Positions 1-30,236 of a stretch of DNA of 64,000 nucleotides are shown here, piece after piece. The DNA lies in assembly GCA_963693365.1 (NCBI GenBank), contig CAVNZM010000012.1:7018889-7082888 (forward strand), in the 5' to 3' direction. Source of the DNA: Amoebidium appalachense (lineage: Eukaryota; Protista; Ichthyosporea). The notes under the pieces are model-generated. The model was given only the letters and a program-made list of their open reading frames with translations. It ran no database searches and was not told the origin of the DNA. The translations under genes and the position numbers were made by a program. Numbering within the stretch: the first letter of the stretch is position 1; each line of letters begins with the position of its first letter.

Positions 1-178
1 CTGGAGCGCTCCACCCCTTCCCCCCACCTCCCCCCCCCCCCTCTCCCCCTCCTCCTCCCCCCACCTCCACCTCCCCCGTGTATGCGTACTTCGTACTGTG
101 TTCCGAATTCAACCCCCCCCCCCCCTCGCCCCCCCACCCTCCCACATCCCGCACTCACTTTTCTACCCGTTGCCACAG

Positions 179-1268
179 ATCCATGCCTATGACAAGTACA
201 TGTACACGCCAATACAATGGATCTCTGCACCGGTGGTGAGAAAAATTCCAAGGCGTGTATTTATGTTTGGGGCCGAGAGGGACATCTTTACCGCCAACAA
301 TGTTACCTTTGCACGGACGGGGCTTTTCATACCCATGGCTTGGTTTCTTAAGGTTTACCCCCCCCCCCCCCCCCGCGTTTGTCGCTGCACTGCATTAGTT
401 TGCACATACATCTTCACCGTTTTGCTCACCTTGCTTGCATAAGCAACCCTGCTCGTCTTTGATCAAGACGGGTAGACCCACCCAAGTTCAGTTGATGCTG
501 CTGTCTGAGTTGGAGCGTCGTATATACGCGGGCTAAGGGGTCGAAACTCAGACGCAATTGATGACTTGGGCCCTCCCTGAGGATGGGCTCTGCTTATGAC
601 GCATACTGTGCGCATGGCTGATGCTGCATACTTGAATGTTTGCCTTTGCATGTGTCCTGCACCATGCTTCTCATCGTGTATGCGTACTTCGTACTGTGTT
701 CCGCATTCAAACCCCCCCCCCCCCCCCTCCCCCCTTCCCCCGGCATCCGTTCGCTCTTCCCTGCTGCTTTCACTCCCCCCCTCCCCCCCCTTTGGCCCCT
801 TCCCCCCCCCCCCCCCCCCTCTTCCCCCTCATTTCCATCCCTCCCCTCTCCCTCTCCCCACCACCACCCATACGTTGGCTCTTTCTATCCGTCCCCCCCC
901 CCCCCCCCTCCCCTCTGGCCCTTGCTATCTTCGCATGCAACCCCCCCCCCCCCCCCTCCCCGGCGACACCCTCCTTCCTTCACATCCCCCCATATACATA
1001 TGATACGGGCGTCATGATACACAACATTCCGCCAAAGCTCCAACCCACACGATTGGAGCCGCAGGTTTTGTTGCCCAGCAGAACGATAGAACGAACAGAG
1101 GCAAACACTTTATCCCGTAACAGTAGTTGAGTTTTCTTCGTAAATGTTGAAGAAATTTTCGCCACATGCATATGGTAGTTGGCCTATACTGTACATGGGC
1201 CCGAGATCCACATATGTGCATGCAGGCAGACGTGTTTACGGATATAGACACACTAATGCGAGTGTATC

Positions 1269-1300
<32 letters not shown>

Positions 1301-1308
1301 GACACACC

Positions 1309-1348
<40 letters not shown>

Positions 1349-2763
1349 TCACCCACCCACACACAGACACAGACACATACCTTTTGCCTTCCTTTCCTTC
1401 CCTTATTTACCCCCGTTGTCTCTCCCCTTCCCCCCCCCCCCCCCCCCCCCCACCCCACCCACCCACCCACCCACCCCCCCCCCCCCCCCCCCCCCCACCT
1501 CCACCCCCCCTTGAGACCCTTCCGTTTCACCCCACATCCCATTTCATTTCCCCTTCATCTAGGAAGCAGGAGAGAAGAAAGTTGAAGCCGATTGGTGCCC
1601 CAAAGAATAAAGAAAGGCACTTTGAATATGCTTGTGCATGATAGAGGTCGGATGCATGTAGGGCTAAATTAGCCCTTTTAGCTCTGACGATCTATCATAT
1701 TTATCAATGCGATTGGGCAATCAGTCGATCGTCATCTATTTAGATCGTACATTTAGCCCTGAATCACCCGCGGTTTAGAAGAAGGGGGGGGTCTCTCTAA
1801 ATTAGCCCAAATAGCTCAGCGGCTTGATTGGCTAAACCGATTTGATTCAAGATCGCGATTGGTCAATCTTACCCAATCGCGGCGTCGATTCAGACTCTCA
1901 GTCAATTTAGCTGGATAGCCCTGTATGCATCGTACCGAAAGGCTATCAGGGCTATTAGGGCTAAATTGGGGCTATTTTGGCCCTACATGCATCCGACCAG
2001 GGTCTGTGTGCATGTGTTCATGAGTGTGTGTTTGGGTACGGTGTTGGGATTTGGGTGGCTTGCAGGGAAAGGGGCGGGGTGGGGGGCGCGGGTGGGGGGG
2101 GGGAGGGGGGGGGGGGGGGGTTCGCTTGGAAATGAGCTGCGTGGAGTTTTGGAATTATGGCCTGTTTTGATTGGTGCGCACAGTACGAGCACTGATTTGA
2201 TTGGTGCACACAGTACGGGCACTGATTTGATTGGTGCACACAGTACGGGCGCTGATTTGGTTGGTGCACACAGTACGCACACTGATTTCATTGGTGCACA
2301 CAGTACATGCACTGATTTGATTGGTGCAAACAGTGCTTTCACTAATTTGATTGGTGCACACAGTACGGGAACCACCAGCTAGCCTTCTGGTGCATTCTAT
2401 TGCACGACTACTTGGACCATCTTGATGGCATAGTCGCAAAGGTGCAACACCTCCCCCCCCCCCCCCCCCCTCTCTGCCCCTTCACCCTTCTTCCTTTCTC
2501 TCCTCTCCCCCCCCCCCTCCTCCCCCCAATCTCCCCTCTCCTCTTCTCCCCTCCCCACTTTTCTCCCCCTTCCACCCCCCTTCTCCCTCCGAACGAACCA
2601 CCAGAAAAGAGAGAGAGAGAGAGAGAAAAAAGAACTAGTCTTCCTCATTGCCTTTGATGTATTCTGTGATGTTTTCTCTATGAAAGAAGGTTATCATGGG
2701 GGGTTTCTAGAGATATGATTTGTCGGTGGTCGGATGCTTGTTTCATTCTTACTTTTCTCTCTC

Positions 2764-2801
<38 letters not shown>

Positions 2802-3321
2802 ATTTTTTTTTTTTTTTTGCTTGCACACAAGAGCACTTTGCACACATGAGCACATGCCCCAGAGGCGTTTGTCAACTCTAGGCAGGAAGGAAACTTCACA
2901 AGTAGAATAATATTGAAAAATAACGGTAAAATGTTTTTTTGCACACAGGAGCACAAGGCACAATGGAATTGTATTTGCCATGTACTAGACAGGAAAAAAC
3001 GAGTAAACAATTGCGTTTCTAGAAAAGAACGGTAAAATCAATTTCTCCTTTCTTTGCACACAGGATCACAAGGCACACGGGGTCATATACCTGGCAGGAA
3101 CAAAAACAAACAACCTAATTTTCAGAAAATAACAGTATATTTGTTGTGTTTTTTTTTGGTTTTTTTTTCGTGTTTGCACACAGGAGCACAAGGCGCAAGG
3201 ATACAAAGACGATCCCGTCCTTGGCTGCTTTTTGGATGCGTTTTGTGACAAAGTGGTAAACACGTTTGCCTATTGGTCCGTGCTGCTTCTGACAGACTAT
3301 ACACACATGTCCTACTTGCAG
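179..3321 (+). CDS. CDP-alcohol phosphatidyltransferase family protein, partial (3 exons; 5' part outside window, 3' part not found)
   Basis: AG/GT-bounded phase-0 exons 179-352 (…FTANNVTFARTGLFIPMAWFLK), 2364-2441 (YGNHQLAFWCILLHDYLDHLDGIVAK) and 3184-3321 (EHKAQGYKDDPVLGCFLDAFCDKVVN…). Together they give the family signature DxxDGxxA(R/K)…GxxxDxxxD. Confidence 0.85.
375..711 (+). mobile_element. Family A dispersed structured repeat, longest copy (poly(C)-anchored, probable non-autonomous retroelement)
   Basis: Homologous to 9139-9440(-), 19845-20150(-), 40440-40577(+), 60172-60332(-), 63520-63790(-) and the 3' fragment 77-112(+). Shared 3' end …cgcattcaaa directly followed by a C run; 5' ends vary. 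Confidence 0.8.
1646..1998. mobile_element. MITE with 19-bp perfect TIRs
   Basis: GGTCGGATGCATGTAGGGC at 1646-1664 and its exact reverse complement at 1980-1998; a third degenerate TIR copy at ~1916-1937; no clean TSD (AGA/AGG). Confidence 0.8.
2161..2370 (+). repeat. 30-bp x7 tandem repeat of branch point + 3' splice site + exon start
   Basis: Unit actgatttgattggtgcacacAG|tacgggc; the last unit supplies the acceptor of exon 2364. Confidence 0.9.
2821..3200 (+). repeat. ~118-bp x4 degenerate tandem repeat ending in the acceptor of exon 3184
   Basis: ttgcacaca(g)gagcacaaggc-like motif at ~2821, 2939, 3054 and 3174 with similar spacers (…ggcaggaa…aaaataacggtaaa…). Confidence 0.8.
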
Positions 3322-3771
3322 GTGAAATTTCCCTCCTTCCCTCATCATATCTCCCCTCCCCTCTTCCCCCTCCCCTTCCCCTCCCTCCCCAACGCTTCGT
3401 TCCCTTTAGCTCCATCGTGTCCTGTCCACTTAGTCTAAAAAAAGATGAGCATGCACACATGCACATGCACCCAGGCAGAGACACACATGAACACACTAAC
3501 AAAGGCAGACACACACTTGAACACACACACATACTCACACACAATTACGCACGTGCGGGCACGCACACATACACACACACACATGCACACACGCGCGCAC
3601 GCACACACACACAGACTCACTCGCTCGCTCACTCACTTATTCAACCATTCACGCACGTGCACGCGCATAGACCCGCATACACAGTGGCGCACTCACACAA
3701 AGCTAAAATATGAATGGGCAAAGTCATAGGCAATGTTCACGGTATTGCCAGAAGACTCGTGCCATGTGGAT

Positions 3772-3843
3772 GGGGATATAGCTCAGTGGTAGAGCGCTCG
3801 CTTCGCATGCGAGATGCCCGGGGTTCAATCCCCCGTGTCTCCA
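3772..3843 (+). tRNA. tRNA-Ala(CGC)
   Basis: Full cloverleaf: acceptor stem GGGGATA/TGTCTCC with the G3:U70 alanine identity pair, D arm GCTC-AGTGGTA-GAGC, anticodon arm CTCGC-TTCGCAT-GCGAG, T arm with GGTTCAATCC; T-run terminator directly downstream. Confidence 0.97.
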
Positions 3844-4644
3844 TATTTTATTTTATTTTATTTATTTATTTTTTATTTTTTTATTTTTTTGGTTTGTTTT
3901 GGAGCTGCATGCGCAACCTCGTAGGCATGCCAACGCAAGGCTTCTCTAATCGAAAAAAACACTTGTATGTACGGCCACGTAATTTAAATGTAGGAGGGGT
4001 TAAGAATGTGTTGTGTGCGTGTGTGTGCTTGAAAATCCAATGACTCGCATTATCTGTGACAGTTTTTCTATTATACCACACATCCACAGTGAATCTTCGC
4101 ATTTATTCTGGCTGTATTCGCAGAATCTTCATTTTCATGCTATATCTGCAGGCCCAGCACACCACATAATTTCCGTTCATTCATAGTGCAGAGAAATACA
4201 AATTGATACATTTATAATGTCTCTTAAGTCAAGTGACAGCGCTAGCGTCACACAAACGGTCCTAATGATTAGCATTATCTACATTTTGGCAAGTCACTAA
4301 AATAATTTGAGAAGCGCTGTCGTATCCAGCGACATGATTTAGGCTTCTTCGTTTTGTTTTCAATACCTCCCCCCCCCCCCCCCCTCCCCCCCCCCCCCCC
4401 CCCCTTTTTTCCCCTCTCCCGACCCGATTTTCCAAAGTCCCATATCACGTCACCGGTAACACTACAGTGAATATATTGAGTTCCACCAACGTCCATTTAA
4501 GTCTATACAGGCATTCCACAGCATCAAGATGGTGTCAATAAGTAAATTTCCGTCAGATTTCGATGTTTAGCCTTTTATACATTGCCTGGACGTATGGGTG
4601 AACTCCTTTTTAGCCATCTGCAATCGCATATAAAACGAGTCCTG

Positions 4645-4680
<36 letters not shown>

Positions 4681-4859
4681 ACCCACCACCACCAAAAAAC
4701 AAAGAAAGAAAGAAAGAAAAACAAGAACAAAAAATGAAAACAAAAATAGAACAAATAAAGAAAATCATAGAAATAAAAGTTAAAATGGGAATGAAAAATC
4801 AGGCAACAACCCTACACAAGCACATACACAAATACACATATATATATACATACACACAC

Positions 4860-23390
<18,531 letters not shown>

Positions 23391-24355
23391 GTCTCACTTG
23401 TAACGAGCAGCCAACGCAATGATTCTACCATTAGACATAGATTCTTATGAAGACTACAATAATGGGGACATAAAAGAAATAGGGACGTGACAAATGCTAC
23501 TACAATATAGTGTCACAACAGGGATACGATGGCCACCTCAAATGAAGTGAGGCCATATAAGAATGTGGAAAGATTTAAGCTGCATGAAGAAGGGAAGAAA
23601 AATGAATAGAGCCTTGTTTATGACATATTATAGCGCTCCAAAAAACTGTACCGTTCGACCAGAGAACTGAATAAGAGCCCACGGTTGCTATGTGCTAACA
23701 CGAATCTTCAATGTATCCACCGCTGGGGACTTGAGATATGACTGTTCTTGACTGTGATTTTGAGAATCGAAGTTTTTGAAACCGTTAAGCCAGCGGGAAA
23801 CAACTGTCCTATCAACAATCACGTGTTTAGTGTATGAAGCAAATTATTCCGCTGAGCATGCACATGCACTATATAGAACATCCACCTTAGTTACCAGGAC
23901 AGAAACACTGAACACTCGCTCGCAACTCAGTGACACTGACGACGTCCTTGTTTTCGCAAGTTTAGGTGACTCACTGGGGCAACGCACCGCGGCTCACAGA
24001 TTGATAGCCAAATAACCATAATAAGCTTATCTGTTAAACGATCCACCAATAAGAATGCGCAAGATCTAGAGCATCGTGATGCCGCATGAATCCGTCACCG
24101 AGCCCAGCACGAGAGGGCCGTGCCGCGGCTGCAGACGCGGCTAGCTGAGTCGAACGTCCGCGGAGTCGTTTGTCGGGGGGCCGTGGGACGGAACTTCGGT
24201 CGCGGCGGTAGGAGGCGGAGCATTTGAGGGAAGGGCGTGGCGGCGGCGGGGGGGGGGGGGGGGGGGGGGGGGGGGGAGAAGGCCTAGGAGCCTCGAGGGA
24301 GCGACCCGTAGCAAGACCTTGGGGGGGGAGGCCCGGGGGGTGGGGGGAGGGGGCC

Positions 24356-24386
<31 letters not shown>

Positions 24387-24726
24387 AGGGGTCCGGAGGG
24401 AGGGAGGGAGGCTCGAGGGAGCGACTGGTAGCAAGGCCTTGCACGTGGGGACGCTTCATGATAACCATCGGCTTACATCATTATAAATGAACCTATAGCT
24501 ACAGCAAGAGTAGAAGTAAATCTTACTGTCCAAGGCTGTGCAAATTAGCCTAAGCAGACTTTGGTGAACGGAGCTACAGATAGTGCATGCGCACAAGAAA
24601 GCATACATATGCATGCATTCAACAGCATGCTTGCACATGCGTGCGCATGCGCATGTGCTGGCCGGCGGGAGACTGTTGGGGTGGAGTACTTGCCATTTTT
24701 TTTTTGTGGTGGTGGTGGTGGTGGGT

Positions 24727-24764
<38 letters not shown>

Positions 24765-25644
24765 ATATGCAAAGGGAGCCATGGCATGGAGACTGTACAG
24801 CATCAGAAGACCTGCAGAGCCATTCTAAGGTCTGAAGAAAGATGCTAACTAACGTTCTGGCTAAGGATGTAGCTGTGTGATAAAGCAAGTTCCAGGTCTC
24901 CAGAAAATCGGATAAACAGATAACTTCTATTGAATATTCACCAGAAGGCAGGTGTCCGACCAGCAGACCACACATGCTCTTACCCTGTCACACCATCCCA
25001 TAATACAAGCGTAAGGGAAATCATCACATCTTCATAACCGGTCAACACTCGTAGACAATATTTCAGAATCTCTGACTGGCAATATATATATATATCGTGC
25101 TTCTTACTAAAATAACGAGTATAAAAAGGTGTAATGTAATGTGTGCAACTGTGCAACATAACGGTGACAAACGGAAGCATCATTGTATAAGGTTTGCAGA
25201 GACATCTAGGGCGGCACCTGCATCGGCCTATTTCCATTGTAAAGAAGTTTATACAGTTAACTGTCGCGGGTATGTCAGTCTTGCAGAGCATTCACATAGG
25301 TTTACACACTCACAGGGTTGCTTTCTACATTGGGGAGGGGTGAAGTAAGGGTTGCTTGTCAAAAACTTGCCTTTCCAAGGATGCCACCATATGTATGTTA
25401 TCTTTTTTCAGATATGTGGTGGTGGTGGTATGTGTGTAGTGTGGTGCTCAGTTTTGTTGCGCATACAAAAGATGTGTGTGTGTGTGTGTGCGCGCGCGCG
25501 GAGGTGCGTGTTATCTGCCTGTGTGTCACAGGGATAAGGCTGCCTGTGTCTGAGTGTACTTTCTTATGATGCAATACGGTGGGGTGCACCAGTGTTGTGT
25601 GTGCATGGGTGTTCTTGTGAGCGTGAGCGTGAGCGTGTGTGTAA

Positions 25645-25675
<31 letters not shown>

Positions 25676-25715
25676 TGCGCGTGCGTGCATGCGTGCGTGT
25701 GTGCTTCTGTGGAGC

Positions 25716-26334
25716 TTACAGGTCCATGTTGCCGTCCCCGCCGTGCCTGCCAGCATACGTGCCAAAGTTCATGTGACCGCCCTGTTAGGAATTTCATATA
25801 TTAGCTCACCGAAGCAAGGCACGGGCAAAAATTCATGACATGAATTTGAAACTATTAAGGCTCGGCCCCTAGCTAAGCTCATGTGCGCAAGAACTGCTAC
25901 AGCGTGAACAGGAGGGCGAAGGGAATGTACAGAGGCTGGAATACACACCATTGTGTGTGTGTGTGTGCGCGCGCGTGTCGTGGTTGTCGTGCTGGTGTCT
26001 TAAAGAAGACCGGGGGGAGGGGGGGGGGGGGGGGGGTTTGATTGCATCGATACTCGAAACCCTCCCGACAGCACACACACACCAGCACATTACACACACA
26101 CCACCACACACACACACTCTCTCTCTCTTTCCCCACTACCCCCCCCCCCCCCCCCCCCCCCCTTCATCCCCTTCCCTCCTTCACACACACTCACACCCAC
26201 CCACCCAACCACCCACCCACCCACCCACAATCCCTCTCATCACCCTCGCTTTCTTAACCTCCCGCTCCCCTCCGGTCCCTTCCCTATACTCTGTTCACCT
26301 CCGTTCCACTCTCATCTCATTTGCAAATTGCACA

Positions 26335-26384
<50 letters not shown>

Positions 26385-26815
26385 ACACATACACATCCCA
26401 CCACCACCACCACACACACACACACAACAACAATAATGATAATAATGATAATAATAATAATAATATTAATAATCATACTCACCCTTCAAATCACATACAC
26501 ACAGACCCACTCACCCTCTCTTCCCCCTCCCCCAATTCTCTTTTTTTGTTTCTTGCAGGAATGACACCAGCAAAATAATAAATAAATTAATAAAATAAAA
26601 AATAAAAAATAAATAATATAAATAAATAACAAAAAAAAATAAAAAATCCCATGCATGGGTGTGCGGCGGCGCACCTGTGCCGAGAAACTCGAACGGGAGA
26701 AGCCCTCAGTGAGTGCATCCAGTGCATGCTCCTGCTCCAGCCTCAACCTCTGTGTGCAGAAATCAGCGGCATTGAACGAGCAACCAAAACTGCAAAGAAT
26801 CCTTGGGTGGCACAA

Positions 26816-26860
<45 letters not shown>

Positions 26861-27401
26861 CCCCTCCCTCCCCTCCCCCCCCCTCCCCCCCCCCCCCCCC
26901 CAACCACCACCACCATTACCACCACCATGCCCCCTCTCTTTTCATTCCCACCAAACCCCTAACCACCCACACTCAATGACCGCCATTACCACCAGCCCCG
27001 CTACAACGCTTGCTACCCACCGTCACTCCCGTCGCAAAAAGACACAACTGAAAACGGATAACTTTCAAGGTTACATACTACAGGTACCGTGGCCATCTTT
27101 ATGCCATATGGAATATAGACAAGCTGAAAGATAATACAGCATCAGCAAAAGTCTACCTAGCTGCGATCTCGATTAGAGAGAACTCACACCAGCACCCACA
27201 CATCACACACACACACACATGCACACACATCCCACAAACACACACACAGACAGGTATTACATACACACACCACACCACCCATGCATCCCCATCCACACAG
27301 ACCAACAACCACATCCACACCCACACATACATACCCATGCCTACACATACACCACCACACCCACACATCCCCACACATCTACACCCCAAAAAATACACAC
27401 A

Positions 27402-27447
<46 letters not shown>

Positions 27448-27658
27448 GCAAACACTCCGCGACAGCAATGCTTAAGGATGGTACCTGCTGCTCGACGTCG
27501 TCCAGCACGACATTAGTGGGATCCACCACGTTGGTCACGATCCACATCTGCTCCCCAAAGAACATCTGAAACCCTGCAATAGGAAAGGAAAAAATACATT
27601 TACATGTGGAGGTTAACATACTACTTACTTGCCAGAACCAGCCTCCCCTTCCCCTCCC

Positions 27659-27738
<80 letters not shown>

Positions 27739-28269
27739 GACAGACAGACAGACAGACACGACAGACCAACAGACACGACAGACAGAATCATACACACGAG
27801 CTTTTCCTCAAATACATACACACTGTCATCCCAGGAAACCACCAGAACAAAGACAAACCCCACCACCACCACCACTACGGTTCGTGTAATAAGTTTTCTA
27901 TGACATTTCTTGCACACACACAAACATCACCAGCACAGGCACAAAAATAAACACCGAGAAAAAACTATAATAACACTCTAAGCATTTCGTTGTGGCTCTG
28001 CAAAGGTCACCTTCATCGCAGCATAGGCGCCATGCAGACGCATATGAGCCGGGTTTGCTGGGACAGCGCATGGGAATGGTGATGTCTGTCTCCTGGCCGG
28101 GGAAGAGGGGCGGGACCTAAAAAAAGGACCGCATTTGTAAATATTAAATCTGTCAAGGTGTGTTTCATCCGTAACCCATTCCTGGGAGTTGCCGTTACAA
28201 AATGACCACAACTAAACTCAGGTGCAAATGGATGCACTCTATTACAACGAGAGAACGAGAGAAGAAATT

Positions 28270-28309
<40 letters not shown>

Positions 28310-28435
28310 CGCCTTTCTTCCTTTTGGGGGGGGGGGGGAGGGGAGGGTGGGGGGTATATGGGTGTAGGTGTTCGAATGGGGCCAGGAGAGGAAGGCGGAA
28401 TATGCCCCCCTCCCCCCTCCCCTCTATCCTACCTT

Positions 28436-28466
<31 letters not shown>

Positions 28467-28730
28467 CTGCAACAACCAACAAAAAAAAAATCTCTAGAGA
28501 TGATACAGCGCTTTCATTCCTGCACCAACCCAAAAGGCAGACAAACAATGTCGCTGTTATTCAAACTTATGTTTTTATACTCTTCACTTCACAGATATCT
28601 TCCAATATTGGCTGTGAAAATCCCAGTAACTGTGATGCAGAAAGAAAGCTTCCCTCGAGGAGAGGAATAAGGGTGGGAAATGGGGATCAGTGTTTGAGCA
28701 AGTGGTGGCAGTAGCAGTGGCAGTGGCAGT

Positions 28731-28775
<45 letters not shown>

Positions 28776-29524
28776 AGGTAGTTTACCTTGACTGCACGAG
28801 GACTTTCGGGAAACTTCTCACCGCTCACCCAAAGAACACAGGTGCTGTAAGGCCACTGCTCATGCCCTGCACAGAGCCAACTGTGAGAGATCATTCGAAT
28901 ATTGACTCGAAAAATAACGCAAAATGCAACTAGACCAACCCTCTTATCAATCATCAACACCTCTAGTCCACAAGCTCAAACTGAACCTCCCCCCCCCCCC
29001 CCCCCCCCCCCCCCCAAACACACACACACAACCGAACCCACCACCAACCCACCCACCTGCCCCAAACCCACACAACCATTCACCCATCCCCTTTTAACCA
29101 TTCCCCTTTGCTTCCCTCATAGCAAGTCCATGTTCAGCGGTGCAGGGACAGCAGGGGGGGGGGGGGGGGGGGGGGGGAGATGGGGGTAGAGAGAGGTGAG
29201 GAGGACACGCAAGTCAGCTACCGGCCAGCAACCTATCAAAATTGCAGGTCTGCTGTGTGCCCCCCAGAGCACTGCGTACAAGAACACCAAAATTCTTTAT
29301 CATAAGCAAAGCTACCTGTGTTTCTGATTTTCCACGTCTGCCTGAAAGGTGCATTTGGAGCCAGAGCATCTTTGTTGTCAAGTGTCATGTCTCCGACAAG
29401 AGTGACTTCGGGGGGTGCTGCAGCTGCTCGTATATCTCGTTGCTCCCACTCTCATAGAAACTGGCAATGGCCGCCTGAAAATTGGCGTGGTCAGAAGGTA
29501 ATTTCCAGGTTGTCCCCTCGACAC

Positions 29525-29557
<33 letters not shown>

Positions 29558-30236
29558 ACACACACACACCTCCCTCCCTTCTTTCTAAGAATATCTTGCC
29601 GTTCCTCTCCCTGCCCGCCCAGAATGTCATCATGATCACTATCCCGATCCTCCCCCCTCCCCCTCCCTTTCGAATACACATAGCCCTTGCTCTGCGTCTA
29701 TAATACAGTAATACACAAACCAGCACAAATCAGAAACCACCCCTTGAAGGATCTTCTTGTGAGCAGAGCAGGAAAGAGGCAGTGTGTGCCCACCTGCAAA
29801 TTCCAGTTGTTGGCCTCCAGGAAGAACAAGCACGCTTGTGGGTCGTTACTGGACACAACTGCCTGTAAACAAAAACAGGAGTTAGCTGGTGTGGTGAAAA
29901 CGAGAAAGAATTACGGCACAGGAGCAAGCATCCCGACATCATCCAAAAGCAACAACAAAAACAGACAAAAAAACAAACTCGGCCCTATTCTTATCACAGA
30001 ACCGGCACCCATGTCCCTGCACTTAGCTTTCTCTCACACACAGACCCTACTCACAGCCCAAGCACACCTAGATGCACCGACAGACAGTGAGAAAGCAAAG
30101 TTGCCCACAACACGTTCAGCAAAGACATAATCGTGTAGATGCTCTTTATACATACCATCATCTGTTGGACCAATGTTTCATGGTCGGTGGTGCCCATGCT
30201 CTGGAACAGGTGAAGGAGCTCGTCGGGGTTCGACAT
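25716..30236 (-). CDS. ILRUN: ILRUN/C6orf106-like protein (UBA-like + NBR1-like FW domain), 8 exons, with apparent 1-nt frameshift
   Basis: Exons 30156-30236 (MSNPDELLHLFQSMGTTDHETLV), 29794-29862 (ACLFFLEANNWNLQ), 29316-29474 (AAIASFYE…QTWKIRNTG), 28787-28866 (WP…VSGE), 28011-28116 (PGSYASAWRL), 27485-27573 (FFGEQMWI), 26675-26749, 25716-25781. These parallel the human motifs GTTDKDVLI, CAFFLDMTNWNLQAAI, KTWRIQNSG, GQWRM, YGDVIWV. Confidence 0.9.

Noticed and set aside
455-480. CCCGTCTTGA (minus strand) resembling a conserved LSU rRNA motif
   Set aside because: Only a ~10-nt match; it is one arm of a hairpin in the family A repeat and no other rRNA similarity is visible.
512-550. tRNA-derived SINE head (GGGTCGAAACTC resembles a B box)
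   Set aside because: No A box or cloverleaf, the motif is internal rather than at the 5' end, and AACTC is paired in a long stem.
561-600. SECIS-like ATGA hairpin in family A
   Set aside because: Lacks the apical AA and the opposing GA of the kink-turn core.
2161-2370. CRISPR-like appearance of the 30-bp array (also the 44-bp array at 58539)
   Set aside because: Head-to-tail units with no unique spacers, eukaryotic intron context and no cas genes.
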